64,000 nt of DNA, taken from NCBI GenBank assembly GCA_019637855.1, contig JAHBUX010000001.1:16754-80753 (forward strand). Direction: 5' to 3'. The notes under the pieces were generated by a model. It saw nothing but the letters and a program-made list of their open reading frames with translations. It was not told the DNA's origin and did not search any database. The first letter of the stretch is position 1. Each line of letters opens with the position of its first letter. The DNA is from Bdellovibrionales bacterium. Its GTDB lineage: Bacteria > Bdellovibrionota > Bdellovibrionia > Bdellovibrionales > UBA1609. This document shows, one piece after another, positions 18,976-29,850 of the stretch. Position numbers and translations under genes: made by a program.

Positions 18976-19936
18976 GTGAATACTCGAATCCTTTTGCGGT
19001 CATATTCTCTTTTGCTGCAAACAGTCCAATGAGAAGCGCCTTTTGTGCGTGCAAACGGTTTTCCGCCTGCTGAAACAATGCCGAGCGCGGATGATCCGCG
19101 ACTTCGTCACAAATCTCTTGTCCACGCACCATGGGCAAACAATGCATTGCAATGGCGTCTGGGGCGGCTTTAGAGAAAAGCTCCATGTTCAGTTGATAAC
19201 CTTTAAAAGCTTTTGCGCGATCAACGCTCGAGCCCTCTTGTCCCATGCTGGCCCAAACATCCGTGTACGCCGCCTGCACGCCGCGTAGCGCACGCGCCGG
19301 AGTCGAAAAACTTTTAATCTTGCCCATGTCTTTTCCGAGAGCTCGACTTTGCGCGCGGGCCAAAATCTCAGGATCTGGCTGATAACCAACAGGACAAGCG
19401 TAATGCACATCGACGCCTACCAAAGGCGCAAGCAAGAGTAGTGAATGCAAAACATTGTTGCCATCACCAACATAGCCCAGCTTCAAGCCTTGCAAACGCC
19501 CAAAACGCTGAAACAGCGTTAACAGATCCGCCAAGGCCTGACAGGGATGGTGAGAGTCCGACAAACCGTTAATGATGGGAATGGTGGCTTTCGTGACCAT
19601 TCGATCAAACACACTGTGCTCAAATGTGCGCATCATCAAGCCATGCACCATGCCCTGCAAAACACGAATCGTATCCTCAGGCTCTTCGCTCTTCTTCTGG
19701 CTGCCCAGAAGTTCCACCACCTGGCCACCAAGCTCATTGATGGCCACAGTGAAGCTTAAGCGCGTGCGCAAGGAAGGCTTTTCGAAAATCAAAGCGATCG
19801 TTTTACCGTTGAGCGGGCGGTATTGAAATACACCACGGTCTTTGCGCAACAGCTCCGCACTCTGAATCAGCTGCAGCAACTCTTGTTTGCTCAGCTCTTC
19901 ACCGGTCAAAAAATGAGAGGAATCAAAGTTCAACAC
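18965..19936 (-). CDS. argF: Ornithine carbamoyltransferase
   Basis: FEKPSLRT, HPCQALAD, GDGNNV, DVWASMG, HCLP, QAENR. GTG start at 19936 follows AAGGAGG. Confidence 0.93.
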   Translation of the reverse strand: MLNFDSSHFLTGEELSKQELLQLIQSAELLRKDRGVFQYRPLNGKTIALIFEKPSLRTRLSFTVAINELGGQVVELLGSQKKSEEPEDTIRVLQGMVHGLMMRTFEHSVFDRMVTKATIPIINGLSDSHHPCQALADLLTLFQRFGRLQGLKLGYVGDGNNVLHSLLLLAPLVGVDVHYACPVGYQPDPEILARAQSRALGKDMGKIKSFSTPARALRGVQAAYTDVWASMGQEGSSVDRAKAFKGYQLNMELFSKAAPDAIAMHCLPMVRGQEICDEVADHPRSALFQQAENRLHAQKALLIGLFAAKENMTAKGFEYSHVI

Positions 19937-20702
19937 AGACTTCCTCCTTCTGAGAACGGAGCATGCACTGCGTGCCCGAATCGGGATCTTGGGCCTTGGA
20001 TACGGAAACCGCAGCCACGCCATTTTCCAACGCATTCAAAATAGCCAGTGCCTTCGTTAGCATTCCGCCCGAAACCACTTTGCACTCGATCATATTGCGC
20101 AAGCCTTGTGCGTCGACTGACGGGATCTTTAAGCCCTCTTCATCCATGATGCCGAATTGATCGGTGAGGAACAAAAGACGATCCACCTTCAAAGCCACAG
20201 CCAAATGACTTGCGGCCCAGTCGGCATTGATATTGAAGCGCTGGCCATTGGCCCCCACGCCGAGAGGTGCCACCACGGGCACCGGTTGGTCGACCGAGAT
20301 CAGCTCATTCAGCCAATTCGCATTCACTGTCACGATCTTTCCGACCTGACCGAGCTCAAGCGAAGCCTGTTCGCACAAAAGCATCTGACGGTCGGTACCC
20401 GCGAAACCCACAGCCGGAACGCCGTGCGAATTAAAATGCGAAACCACATTATGGTTCACATTGCCGCACAAAGTGCTCTCAATAACATCCATCATCGCCG
20501 ATGTGGTTACCCGCTGACCGCCGACAAAAGTCCACTGGATGCCGCGCAAACGCAACTCAGTATTGATAGACGGACCTCCACCATGCACCATCACGACACT
20601 GATACCGCGAGCGCGATAGTCTTGAATCAACTGCGTAACTTCTTTTAACGTGGCCTGGCTTTCAAGAGCCGCACCGCCAAGTTTGATCAATACGCGTTTC
20701 AT
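19923..20702 (-). CDS. argB: Acetylglutamate kinase
   Basis: IKLGG, VHGGGP, NINAD, LTD, GGMLTK. ATGA overlap with the argJ stop. Confidence 0.93.
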   Translation of the reverse strand: MKRVLIKLGGAALESQATLKEVTQLIQDYRARGISVVMVHGGGPSINTELRLRGIQWTFVGGQRVTTSAMMDVIESTLCGNVNHNVVSHFNSHGVPAVGFAGTDRQMLLCEQASLELGQVGKIVTVNANWLNELISVDQPVPVVAPLGVGANGQRFNINADWAASHLAVALKVDRLLFLTDQFGIMDEEGLKIPSVDAQGLRNMIECKVVSGGMLTKALAILNALENGVAAVSVSKAQDPDSGTQCMLRSQKEEVCVEL

Positions 20703-21895
20703 GAGTACTCCGTGTTGATGTCGACATATTTTTTTGACAGATCGCATCCCCAAGCGACCGCCGATTCGGCTCCACTCTTGAGATCGATTTCAATATGCAC
20801 TTTGTTTTTGCGCAGCAGACTGCGAACCGCTTCGCGGTCAAAATCCATCGGACTGCCTTTTGAGAACAGCACAGTTCCCTGCAACTTCAAGGTCATGTTG
20901 ATCAAACAGCTCTCGGGCACTTTCTCTGCACCCAAACGCGAGAGAATGCGCCCCCAGTTGGGGTCCTCACCATGCATGGCGGTTTTCACCAATGGACTCA
21001 TCGTCACGCCACGGGCCGCCCGGCGTGCAAGATCCACTGTCGGCGCACCCTTCAAATCCACTTCGATCAGTTTCGTCGCACCTTCGCCATCCGAGGCGAT
21101 GGCCTTGGCCAAAAACTGAGCGATCTCAGTCAACGCCTTCTTGAACTTCACCATGTCCTCATCTGTGATCAGCTCGACGCCGGCCGCACCGCTAGCCATG
21201 AGAAAATTGCAATCGTTGGTCGAACAATCACCATCAACGCTGATCATATTGAAACTGACATCGGTCACCTCTTTGAGGAGCGAATGGGCCAGCTCGGGAG
21301 TCAACGTCACGTCGGTCAACAAGTAACCCAACATCGTGGCCATGTTCGGGTGAATCATGCCTGAGCCTTTGCAAATTCCGGTGATGCGAACCTTACCTTG
21401 CGAAAGCTTCACCGTAGTCGTGACCGTCTTGGGCACCAAATCAGTGGTCAGAATAGCCAATGCAAACGGCTCAGCCATCTCGGTTACACGGTCGACCAAC
21501 TCAGGCACGGCAGCTTCGATCTTTTCGATCTCAAGGGTTTTGCCGATCACACCCGTCGACGCCGTCAAAACCTGCGACGGATCAATACCCAGCTCTTTGG
21601 CCACTGCATCGGCCATACGCTGATTGTTGGCACGTCCCATGGCACCGGTCGCCGCATTGGCTTGACCTGAATTCGTAACCAAAGCGCGGATCTTGGCCGA
21701 CGGCAAAAGGCTTTGCGAATACAAGACCGGTGCAGCCTTAGCTTCGTTGACCGTGAAAACGCCGGCGACGACACAGTCTTGCTCGGTGAAGAGCAAGCCT
21801 AAGTCGGGGCGATAACGGCGCACACCGCAGTTGACTCCGCTGGCGAAGAAGCCCGTTGGCAATAGAGTGTTATGTAGGCCGGGTCCTGGCGACAT
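20699..21895 (-). CDS. argJ: Glutamate N-acetyltransferase / ornithine acetyltransferase
   Basis: NSGQANAATG, STGVIG, KGSGMIHPNMATML, DGEGATK, DPNWGR. Confidence 0.96.
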   Translation of the reverse strand: MSPGPGLHNTLLPTGFFASGVNCGVRRYRPDLGLLFTEQDCVVAGVFTVNEAKAAPVLYSQSLLPSAKIRALVTNSGQANAATGAMGRANNQRMADAVAKELGIDPSQVLTASTGVIGKTLEIEKIEAAVPELVDRVTEMAEPFALAILTTDLVPKTVTTTVKLSQGKVRITGICKGSGMIHPNMATMLGYLLTDVTLTPELAHSLLKEVTDVSFNMISVDGDCSTNDCNFLMASGAAGVELITDEDMVKFKKALTEIAQFLAKAIASDGEGATKLIEVDLKGAPTVDLARRAARGVTMSPLVKTAMHGEDPNWGRILSRLGAEKVPESCLINMTLKLQGTVLFSKGSPMDFDREAVRSLLRKNKVHIEIDLKSGAESAVAWGCDLSKKYVDINTEYS

Positions 21896-21897
21896 AG

Positions 21898-22941
21898 TTA
21901 TGCCTCCTCGGAAAGAGAAAAACTTGAGGGAAGATCAAGCAAACGGTTCAAGTTTTCAACCGCTTGGCTGGCCGCCCCTTTCATAAGGTTATCAATGGCC
22001 GCAAACACGTAGAGTTTGTTTTCGGTTAGCGTATAAGACAAATGGGTATAAGGCGTGTGGTTCACGTGCTGAAGACGGGCGTATTTGTCCACTTCGGTCC
22101 CATGACGAACGAGTGGATAGTCGCCGTACTCTTGCGCAAAGGCCGCATTTACGTCTTCAATCCGTGTGGTTTTGGCGGTGGCGTAGACACCGGCCAAAAT
22201 CCCCCGCTTCGCCGGGAGAAGATGAGTTACAAAATGCGGATCAATCTCAGAGCCGGCGAATGCAGCCACAGCTTCTTTGATCTCAGGCAAGTGTTGGTGA
22301 CGGCCGACCCGATAAGGCAGACATTCCCCATCCACCTCCGAGAAAATAAGATTCTCTCCGGCTTTTCGACCAGCGCCAGTCGTCCCCGACTTAGCGTCGA
22401 TCACCAAACCTTGAGTTTCAATCAAGTCATGCTTTAATAAAGGAATCAGTGCCAAGCTGATTGCCGTGGCGTAACAACCGGGGTTGGCAATAAGACGTGT
22501 CGACTTTTTTGCCGGGCCGCAAAAAGGATTTAGGCCGTATTCGGCTTCCGACAGAAGCTCACGATCCTGATGCATAAAACCGTACCATCTATGCGTGTCG
22601 TTTTTTTGCAGACGGAAGGCTCCACTCAGGTCGATCACCTTTCTGCCTGCCGCCAAAATCGGCGGCGCCAGTTTTAAAGACACTTCGGCCGGCGTCGCTA
22701 AAAAGACAACGTCGGTAAGATGCTTCATCAACTGATCGTCCTTCAAACACAGAACAGACGCGGCTTTGCGGTCCACAATATCGGAAGTGAGCGAAAAATC
22801 CTGCGTCGCAAACGCGTGCGTGAGATTCACCGACGGATGGCGTAACAAAAGCTTAACCAGCTCAAGACCCGAATATCCTCTGGCGCCAACGATCGACGCC
22901 GTAATATTGCTTGAATCCGTCCGTGAATTTTTATGCATCAT
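21898..22941 (-). CDS. argC: N-acetyl-gamma-glutamyl-phosphate reductase
   Basis: GARGYSG, DLSGAFR, ANPGCY, SGTTGAG, DNLMKGAA. Start 22941/22938 uncertain. Confidence 0.95.
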   Translation of the reverse strand: MMHKNSRTDSSNITASIVGARGYSGLELVKLLLRHPSVNLTHAFATQDFSLTSDIVDRKAASVLCLKDDQLMKHLTDVVFLATPAEVSLKLAPPILAAGRKVIDLSGAFRLQKNDTHRWYGFMHQDRELLSEAEYGLNPFCGPAKKSTRLIANPGCYATAISLALIPLLKHDLIETQGLVIDAKSGTTGAGRKAGENLIFSEVDGECLPYRVGRHQHLPEIKEAVAAFAGSEIDPHFVTHLLPAKRGILAGVYATAKTTRIEDVNAAFAQEYGDYPLVRHGTEVDKYARLQHVNHTPYTHLSYTLTENKLYVFAAIDNLMKGAASQAVENLNRLLDLPSSFSLSEEA

Positions 22942-22960
22942 AAGTGAATATTTAGTGACC
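22922..22960. promoter_or_regulatory. Tandem ARG boxes (ArgR operator)
   Basis: cgTGAATTTTTATGCAtc (22922-22939) and agTGAATATTTAGTGAcc (22943-22960) are two 18-bp boxes 3 bp apart, the canonical ArgR geometry. Confidence 0.8.
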
Positions 22961-23004
22961 ATTTTAGCTGAAGTCAAATTTTATTTGCATTTGGCGAGGT
23001 CGAC

Positions 23005-23022
23005 GATGCATAAATATTCTGT
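23005..23022. promoter_or_regulatory. ARG box upstream of argG
   Basis: gaTGCATAAATATTCTgt matches TGMAT-N4-ATKCA with one mismatch. Confidence 0.65.
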
Positions 23023-23054
23023 TTCCAATTTTCCTTAGAAAGGATGCTTTGGTC

Positions 23055-24263
23055 ATGGCAAACAAAAAAGTTCTGTTGGTTTATTCGGGAGGCTTAGACA
23101 CCTCGATCTGTATTCCGCTCATGCGTGAAGAGTATGGTTACTCGGATGTGGTCACCGTCACTATTGATGTGGGTCAAGACGCCGCCGACATCGCGCAGGC
23201 GGAAGAAAAAGCCAAGATCATGAAGACCGAACACTACACAGTGGATGCGAAAGAAGATTTCGCCAAACTGTTTTGCTGGCCCGCGGTCCAGGCCAACGGG
23301 GATTACCAAGGATATCCGATGTCGACTTCCATAGCACGACCGCTAATCGCCCAAAAGGCCGTCGAAATGGCGCGGCAAGTGGGCGTGACCGACTTTGCGC
23401 ATGGCTGCACGGGAAAAGGCAACGATCAATATAGAATCGAGTTTGGTATCCGCGCCTTAATGCCAGAGGCGACCATTCACGCCCCCGTGCGCGAGCGCAA
23501 TATGACTCGCACCTGGGAAATCGATTACGCACAAAAAAAGAACGTGCCGATTCAACAATCGCTCAACAAGATTTGGTCAATTGATGAAAACCTGTGGGGT
23601 CGCTCGATCGAAGGCGGCCGCTTGGAAGAGCCCGACTTCGCGCCACCCGAAGAAATTTTTAAATGGACCAGCAGTATCGACAAGGCTGCGGCCAAACCCT
23701 CGGCTGTCACCATTGGATTCAAAAATGGCGTCCCCGTCTCTCTAAACGGAGAAACGTTTTCACCCGCCACCTTGATTCAAAAAGTAAATATGCTGGCCGG
23801 CCAGCATGGCATCGGGCGCATCGACGTCATGGAAGATCGTATGATGGGTTTGAAGGTACGCGAAAATTACGAGTGCCCCGGCGCCACCGTATTCCTGAAA
23901 GCTCATAAAGCTTTGGAAAATCTAGTGCTGACTCGCGAAGAGATCCGCATGAAGGCGCTAATCGATCAGGAGTGGAGCCGCTTGGCCTATGAAGGCCTGT
24001 GGTGGGACCCCTTGAAAGAAGATCTGGAAGCTTTCATTGCCAGCACCCAGCGCCGTGTGACCGGCGAAGTGAAACTGAGCTTGTACAAAGGTCAGCCAAC
24101 CGTAGTTGGCCGCAACTCTCCTTGGGCGCTCTACTCGGAAGATCTGGCGTCCTTCGACACCACGACATTCGATCAGCGCGAAAGCACAGGCGCGGTGAAG
24201 AACTTCGGTTTGCAATCGCGCATGTATCATCAGATTCGCAGCAAAATGGAACGGGAGATGTAA
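23055..24263 (+). CDS. argG: Argininosuccinate synthase
   Basis: YSGGLDTS, HGCTGKGNDQ, SIDENLWGRSIEGG, RENYECPG. Confidence 0.97.
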   Translation: MANKKVLLVYSGGLDTSICIPLMREEYGYSDVVTVTIDVGQDAADIAQAEEKAKIMKTEHYTVDAKEDFAKLFCWPAVQANGDYQGYPMSTSIARPLIAQKAVEMARQVGVTDFAHGCTGKGNDQYRIEFGIRALMPEATIHAPVRERNMTRTWEIDYAQKKNVPIQQSLNKIWSIDENLWGRSIEGGRLEEPDFAPPEEIFKWTSSIDKAAAKPSAVTIGFKNGVPVSLNGETFSPATLIQKVNMLAGQHGIGRIDVMEDRMMGLKVRENYECPGATVFLKAHKALENLVLTREEIRMKALIDQEWSRLAYEGLWWDPLKEDLEAFIASTQRRVTGEVKLSLYKGQPTVVGRNSPWALYSEDLASFDTTTFDQRESTGAVKNFGLQSRMYHQIRSKMEREM

Positions 24264-24264
24264 G

Positions 24265-25635
<1,371 letters not shown>

Positions 25636-25657
25636 ATACGCCGAAAGAAAGACGTGC

Positions 25658-26041
25658 TTATTCGCAGGCCGCGCGTAGATCGAACTCGTCAACCTTATGC
25701 GAGGTGCATTGAGCGGGGCCGGGTCTCAGACCAATCACACTGTAATACACGCTGAAAAGTTTGTTGCGTGCATCCCAAACTTGTTCATTCCGATTGCGGT
25801 CCGAGCTGAAGTAGCACACCGGCATACGGTGAATCTCTTCCCACGGTTTGCCCGCACACTTAACCGCGACACTGATCATATATCGGTTGTACGAGGGCTC
25901 CATCACCTCTTCAGGTTCTACGACCTTGAGACGGAATGATCCTAAGCCTGGTTCCGAAACGGTGCGGGTGTAGATGACCCTATCTGCCGCATGAGCTGAA
26001 ATTCCGATAAGCATTGTGAGTGCCAAAACCATGCTTTTCAT
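25658..26041 (-). CDS. Small secreted hypothetical protein (4 Cys)
   Basis: Signal peptide MKSMVL...AHA. ATG overlaps the upstream stop (TAATG at 26043-26039); GGA RBS. Confidence 0.7.
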   Translation of the reverse strand: MKSMVLALTMLIGISAHAADRVIYTRTVSEPGLGSFRLKVVEPEEVMEPSYNRYMISVAVKCAGKPWEEIHRMPVCYFSSDRNRNEQVWDARNKLFSVYYSVIGLRPGPAQCTSHKVDEFDLRAACE

Positions 26042-27219
26042 TACCAAGTCCTTCCGCCGTTGCAACCAATACTAAAGTGAATATGTGGATGATCGCCGCG
26101 AGGAGATCTATGAGCGCGGTTACCGCGATCATGGAGGATCTTCGTGCGAACTCCCACAAAAGATTTGTCGTGCAAACAATCGGCCACCTTTGTGAAGAAG
26201 GCCGAATATTTCGAGACGGTTTTACCACCGCAGCGCAATCCGTCGATATCGATGGCACGACGCGAATAGTGGCAAGATCCACGAATATGTCCGTGCGAGG
26301 CTCCGGAGTTGTAACCGGTCGGCTCACAGCCCGGGGCGCACATCGCCAGTTTCGTAATCAAAGTGTTCCACAGCAAGGGTACCCCGCGGGCTTTCGTGCT
26401 GGTAGTGACCGTTTGAAGCCTGACCTGGCGACGTTGCGACGGAGTGATCTTCTGGTCAGGAGCTGTGCGACGAACCTGGGTTTGAGGCGGCGGTGTCGGC
26501 CTAGCGACTGGTTTTACAGGCTGACCCAGCTTCGGTTTGGTCACCGCTACTGGACGCTCCACTGGAGAGGCGGGTTGCGGACGTTGCACTTCGGGCTCCA
26601 TTTCATCACTCATGGCCACGCGATCAGCCACCTGCAATGAAGAGCGAACCATAGTCGGCTGTTGCTGTTGCGGCGGCGAGGGCAATGGAGCCGTACGTTG
26701 CGGAACTTGCATAGAGACCGCTTCGGTACGCGCCTCGGGAGCTGCTGCATAACGATTGGGTAGGACGATTTGATTGTTCTCAATAGGCAAACGCTCCACC
26801 ATCGAGCGGCGAGGAGTGCTACAGTCTAAACAGGGTTCATTAATAGACGAACCGCCCAAATTGAATGTCCCATTACTTCCACCTAAACCACCAAATAAGA
26901 GTGGCGCGGCCATCGCCAAAAACGAACCGATGCCGTTTTGTTGCTGTTGCGGCGGCGGCGGCAGTTGCTGCAACGGCAGCATGGGGTAAATAGGATACAT
27001 TGGATACATCGGGTTCATCTGACCCATGGGATTCATTCCCATAGGATTCATTGGCATCATCGGACCTGCGCGCATTATGAAAGGCAGCGGACGCGGACCG
27101 AGCAATCCAACCTGCGGCATCGGCTGCTGAAAGGTCGGTAAAATATAGTTTGGCGGAGGCGGTAACATCGCCAGTGCCGGGCTACATATTAATGATAAAA
27201 TCAAAATTAATTTAAACAC
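26041..27219 (-). CDS. Secreted Pro/Met/Gln-rich protein with C-terminal peptidase M15/extensin-like Zn domain
   Basis: Signal peptide (start GTG 27219 or 27276); low-complexity linker; SCHYSRRAID and HPHIH give the H-x6-D...H-x-H LAS-type Zn motif. Confidence 0.7.
   Translation of the reverse strand: MFKLILILSLICSPALAMLPPPPNYILPTFQQPMPQVGLLGPRPLPFIMRAGPMMPMNPMGMNPMGQMNPMYPMYPIYPMLPLQQLPPPPQQQQNGIGSFLAMAAPLLFGGLGGSNGTFNLGGSSINEPCLDCSTPRRSMVERLPIENNQIVLPNRYAAAPEARTEAVSMQVPQRTAPLPSPPQQQQPTMVRSSLQVADRVAMSDEMEPEVQRPQPASPVERPVAVTKPKLGQPVKPVARPTPPPQTQVRRTAPDQKITPSQRRQVRLQTVTTSTKARGVPLLWNTLITKLAMCAPGCEPTGYNSGASHGHIRGSCHYSRRAIDIDGLRCGGKTVSKYSAFFTKVADCLHDKSFVGVRTKILHDRGNRAHRSPRGDHPHIHFSIGCNGGRTW
26980..27060 (-). 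repeat. Low-complexity coding repeat (MNPMG / MYP units)
   Basis: Encodes MMPMNPMGMNPMGQMNPMYPMYPIYPM. Confidence 0.6.
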
Positions 27220-27361
27220 CGGCTGGCAGTAGTGCAAGAGCGGCACAGTCTGAACACCGCCTTTATTGCAGTTCACCTAGAATCGCTGTCGGAAGCCAAG
27301 ACACGTGGATGACATTCTACGCCAATCCGCACCTCGCAATAACTTTTATTCTATAGTAAAA

Positions 27362-29629
27362 TCATATACTTAGGTCGTTATTCACAGTTTTAGGTAGAGT
27401 CACTGTGAACGTCGTGCCGGCGCCAGCCTCGCTGCGCACGCTGACTTTTCCGCCATGGGCTTCTGTCACTCCACGCACCAAGGTCAATCCGATCCCCCAA
27501 CCGACCTTGCCGCTCACCTGCGCCTCGGAAGCGCGATGAAGATAGTCGAAAAGTTTGTCACGGTTTTGCGGCGGGATGGGTGCACCATAATTATGAACAG
27601 AGATATCCACCGAGGGCCCGGCCTCATGCACAGACACCGTAATAGGCGTACCGGGTTCGCCGTACTTCACGGCATTGGTGCATAGGTTTTCGATCAAGCG
27701 ACGAAGGCCATCCATATCCCACTGCCCATTCACCGGCGAATGCTCTTCAACGCGAAAGCGGTCGCCGTGGATACTGGCCAATTCATCCACCGTATTTCGA
27801 ACCACCGAGATCATCTCAACGGCGGTCGGTTGAATCGGCAAACGCTGTCCTACACGGATGCGATTCGCATCCAGCAAATCCCGAATCATTTTATCGGCGC
27901 GATCCAAACAGTCGATCACCTTAGCCCCATTCGCCAAAACCTTATCGCGATTGTTGACGTGACGGGAAACTAGCTGGGCCGCCATGCGAGCCGCAGTTAA
28001 AGGCGTGCGCAGATCATGACTTAAAGTAGAAACGAACTGCTCACGCAAAACCTCTGCTTTTTTTCGTTCCGTGATGTCGATATCAGTTCCCAGCATCACA
28101 TTGCCGCCATTGACCTCATCGAGAAGACGCCCGTTCGATTGAATCCAGCGCGTCTGCCCGTCTGCCAGGCGCACCCGATATTCAAAGCTGGTCTCCGTAT
28201 CCGGCAGGCCTGGGCGTTCAATCAATCCCGTGATCTTCGACAGATCGTCCGGATGAATCATGCTGCAGAACTTCTCCCAATCCAACGGCGATCCAGGTTC
28301 AAGATGGAACATGGCGTACTGACGTGCACTCCACTTGATCTCGCGACTTTTCAAATTCAATTCCCAAACCCCAATGTCACCGGCACGCAGAGCCAGATCA
28401 AAGCGCCACTGCTGCTCACGCAACGCTTTTTCCACGGCTTTCTGTTCCGAAACATCAACGACCATGGCGCCAATGCCAACGGTCACCCCACTTGCCGTGC
28501 GTACAGGATAAAAACTGGTTTCAAAGATATGCACTCGTCCCGGATCGGAAGCCGGAACGAGTTCATGCTCCACGTTGGAGACTGCCTCGCCGGTTTCCAT
28601 AACGTGGCGGATGATGCGTTCGGGAAACACCGACTTTTCTCCTAAAACTTCGGCCAGCGTGCGCCCAATATGGTCTTTGACGGCAACGCCATTCCAGCGG
28701 GCCAAAGGTTCATTGATGCGTATATAGCGCATTTCTGAATCTAGAACACAGAGACCGAAAGGCGCTGTGGCCAGCAGCGCATCCAAGGTGGCCACGTTCC
28801 GCTCAGCTTGCACGCGAGCTCTCTCTTGTTCCGCAAATGCTGCGAGTGCCATTCGCCGCGATTCCCTCAAGGCATTCGTGATGTATGCGACAAGAAAGGA
28901 ACTGCCAGAGAAAATCGCGACACGTACAGATTCGTTGATATCCGGGAGCGCCATAAAAAATGGCGGTGGGACAAATACGGTCTCGGCGAGAAGGACAGAG
29001 AGCAGAACAGCCAACGGCGCACTTCCATACAATGCGGCCAGAGTCACGGCGGGATAAAACATAATGTACGCCAACGGTTCCAACAGCGGCCAAAGTGCCC
29101 ACTGCAGTACCGCAAATACGGCAACTAAAGCCACCGTTCGCACATACCGTTGCCAAAGCGTAGAGTTCTCCAACCGCCAAGCTTCACTATGCAAGTGTTG
29201 CCGCTGTCGCCGAGTGTGCTCAAACACGGCATTGCGCACGGAAACGTCGATCACATTGAGCAAAATATCGCGCTGGCGCACGGGCAACTGCGAGGGTGTC
29301 TCTAGCACTTCAAGTAGAACTTGGCGCAAGACCGTATACTCGTATATCAACTCATTCAGATCGAAATGGATATCGGCACGCTCGGCACCGTGGGCGCGGG
29401 AAGTGATGCTGAGCCTTTCCAGCTTGTAACGCGATTCCGGATTCTCCAAGGCCTGGCTGAGATGATCGAGCCACTGAGGAAGAGAGTTTCGCAACAAAGG
29501 TTCTGGTAGTCCTCGCGCTTGGGGAACTTCGCGACGTAAGCGCTCTTCCCAAATCCGGATGACTTCATCTTTGTTCAACAGCACGCGTTCGGACTCGTTT
29601 CGGCTTATATTGGAAAGATGAATTTGCAT
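27362..29629 (-). CDS. Sensor histidine kinase (RsbRD-N-like, DUF4118-like TM, 2 PAS, HisKA, HATPase)
   Basis: H box LSHDLRTPL, N box NLCTNAVKY, G boxes GWGIGL and GAGTTF; PAS motifs IHPDD and WIQSNG. Confidence 0.93.
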   Translation of the reverse strand: MQIHLSNISRNESERVLLNKDEVIRIWEERLRREVPQARGLPEPLLRNSLPQWLDHLSQALENPESRYKLERLSITSRAHGAERADIHFDLNELIYEYTVLRQVLLEVLETPSQLPVRQRDILLNVIDVSVRNAVFEHTRRQRQHLHSEAWRLENSTLWQRYVRTVALVAVFAVLQWALWPLLEPLAYIMFYPAVTLAALYGSAPLAVLLSVLLAETVFVPPPFFMALPDINESVRVAIFSGSSFLVAYITNALRESRRMALAAFAEQERARVQAERNVATLDALLATAPFGLCVLDSEMRYIRINEPLARWNGVAVKDHIGRTLAEVLGEKSVFPERIIRHVMETGEAVSNVEHELVPASDPGRVHIFETSFYPVRTASGVTVGIGAMVVDVSEQKAVEKALREQQWRFDLALRAGDIGVWELNLKSREIKWSARQYAMFHLEPGSPLDWEKFCSMIHPDDLSKITGLIERPGLPDTETSFEYRVRLADGQTRWIQSNGRLLDEVNGGNVMLGTDIDITERKKAEVLREQFVSTLSHDLRTPLTAARMAAQLVSRHVNNRDKVLANGAKVIDCLDRADKMIRDLLDANRIRVGQRLPIQPTAVEMISVVRNTVDELASIHGDRFRVEEHSPVNGQWDMDGLRRLIENLCTNAVKYGEPGTPITVSVHEAGPSVDISVHNYGAPIPPQNRDKLFDYLHRASEAQVSGKVGWGIGLTLVRGVTEAHGGKVSVRSEAGAGTTFTVTLPKTVNNDLSI

Positions 29630-29850
29630 CGCTGAGAAGTTTTAGCAAACAATTTGAGTTTTCGTGGCCGGGAATAAATACAACCACGCGTGCCTGTTCC
29701 CTGAAATGATTGGGAATGACCGACGTCCCACATTGGCACTGCTCGACCAAAAGCGAGAGCTCTAGACTGGTCCACTCTACCAAACGCGGGGGCAAAATAG
29801 CTTCTCTGTACACACCTTTACGGCGCCGATAATATTGAAGTGGGGGAGTT

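Noticed and set aside
18965-19936. SLRT carbamoyl-phosphate motif suggesting an N-succinyl/N-acetylornithine transcarbamylase
   Set aside because: The ornithine-binding DxxxSMG motif is intact and argJ supplies free ornithine, so an ordinary OTCase is more likely.
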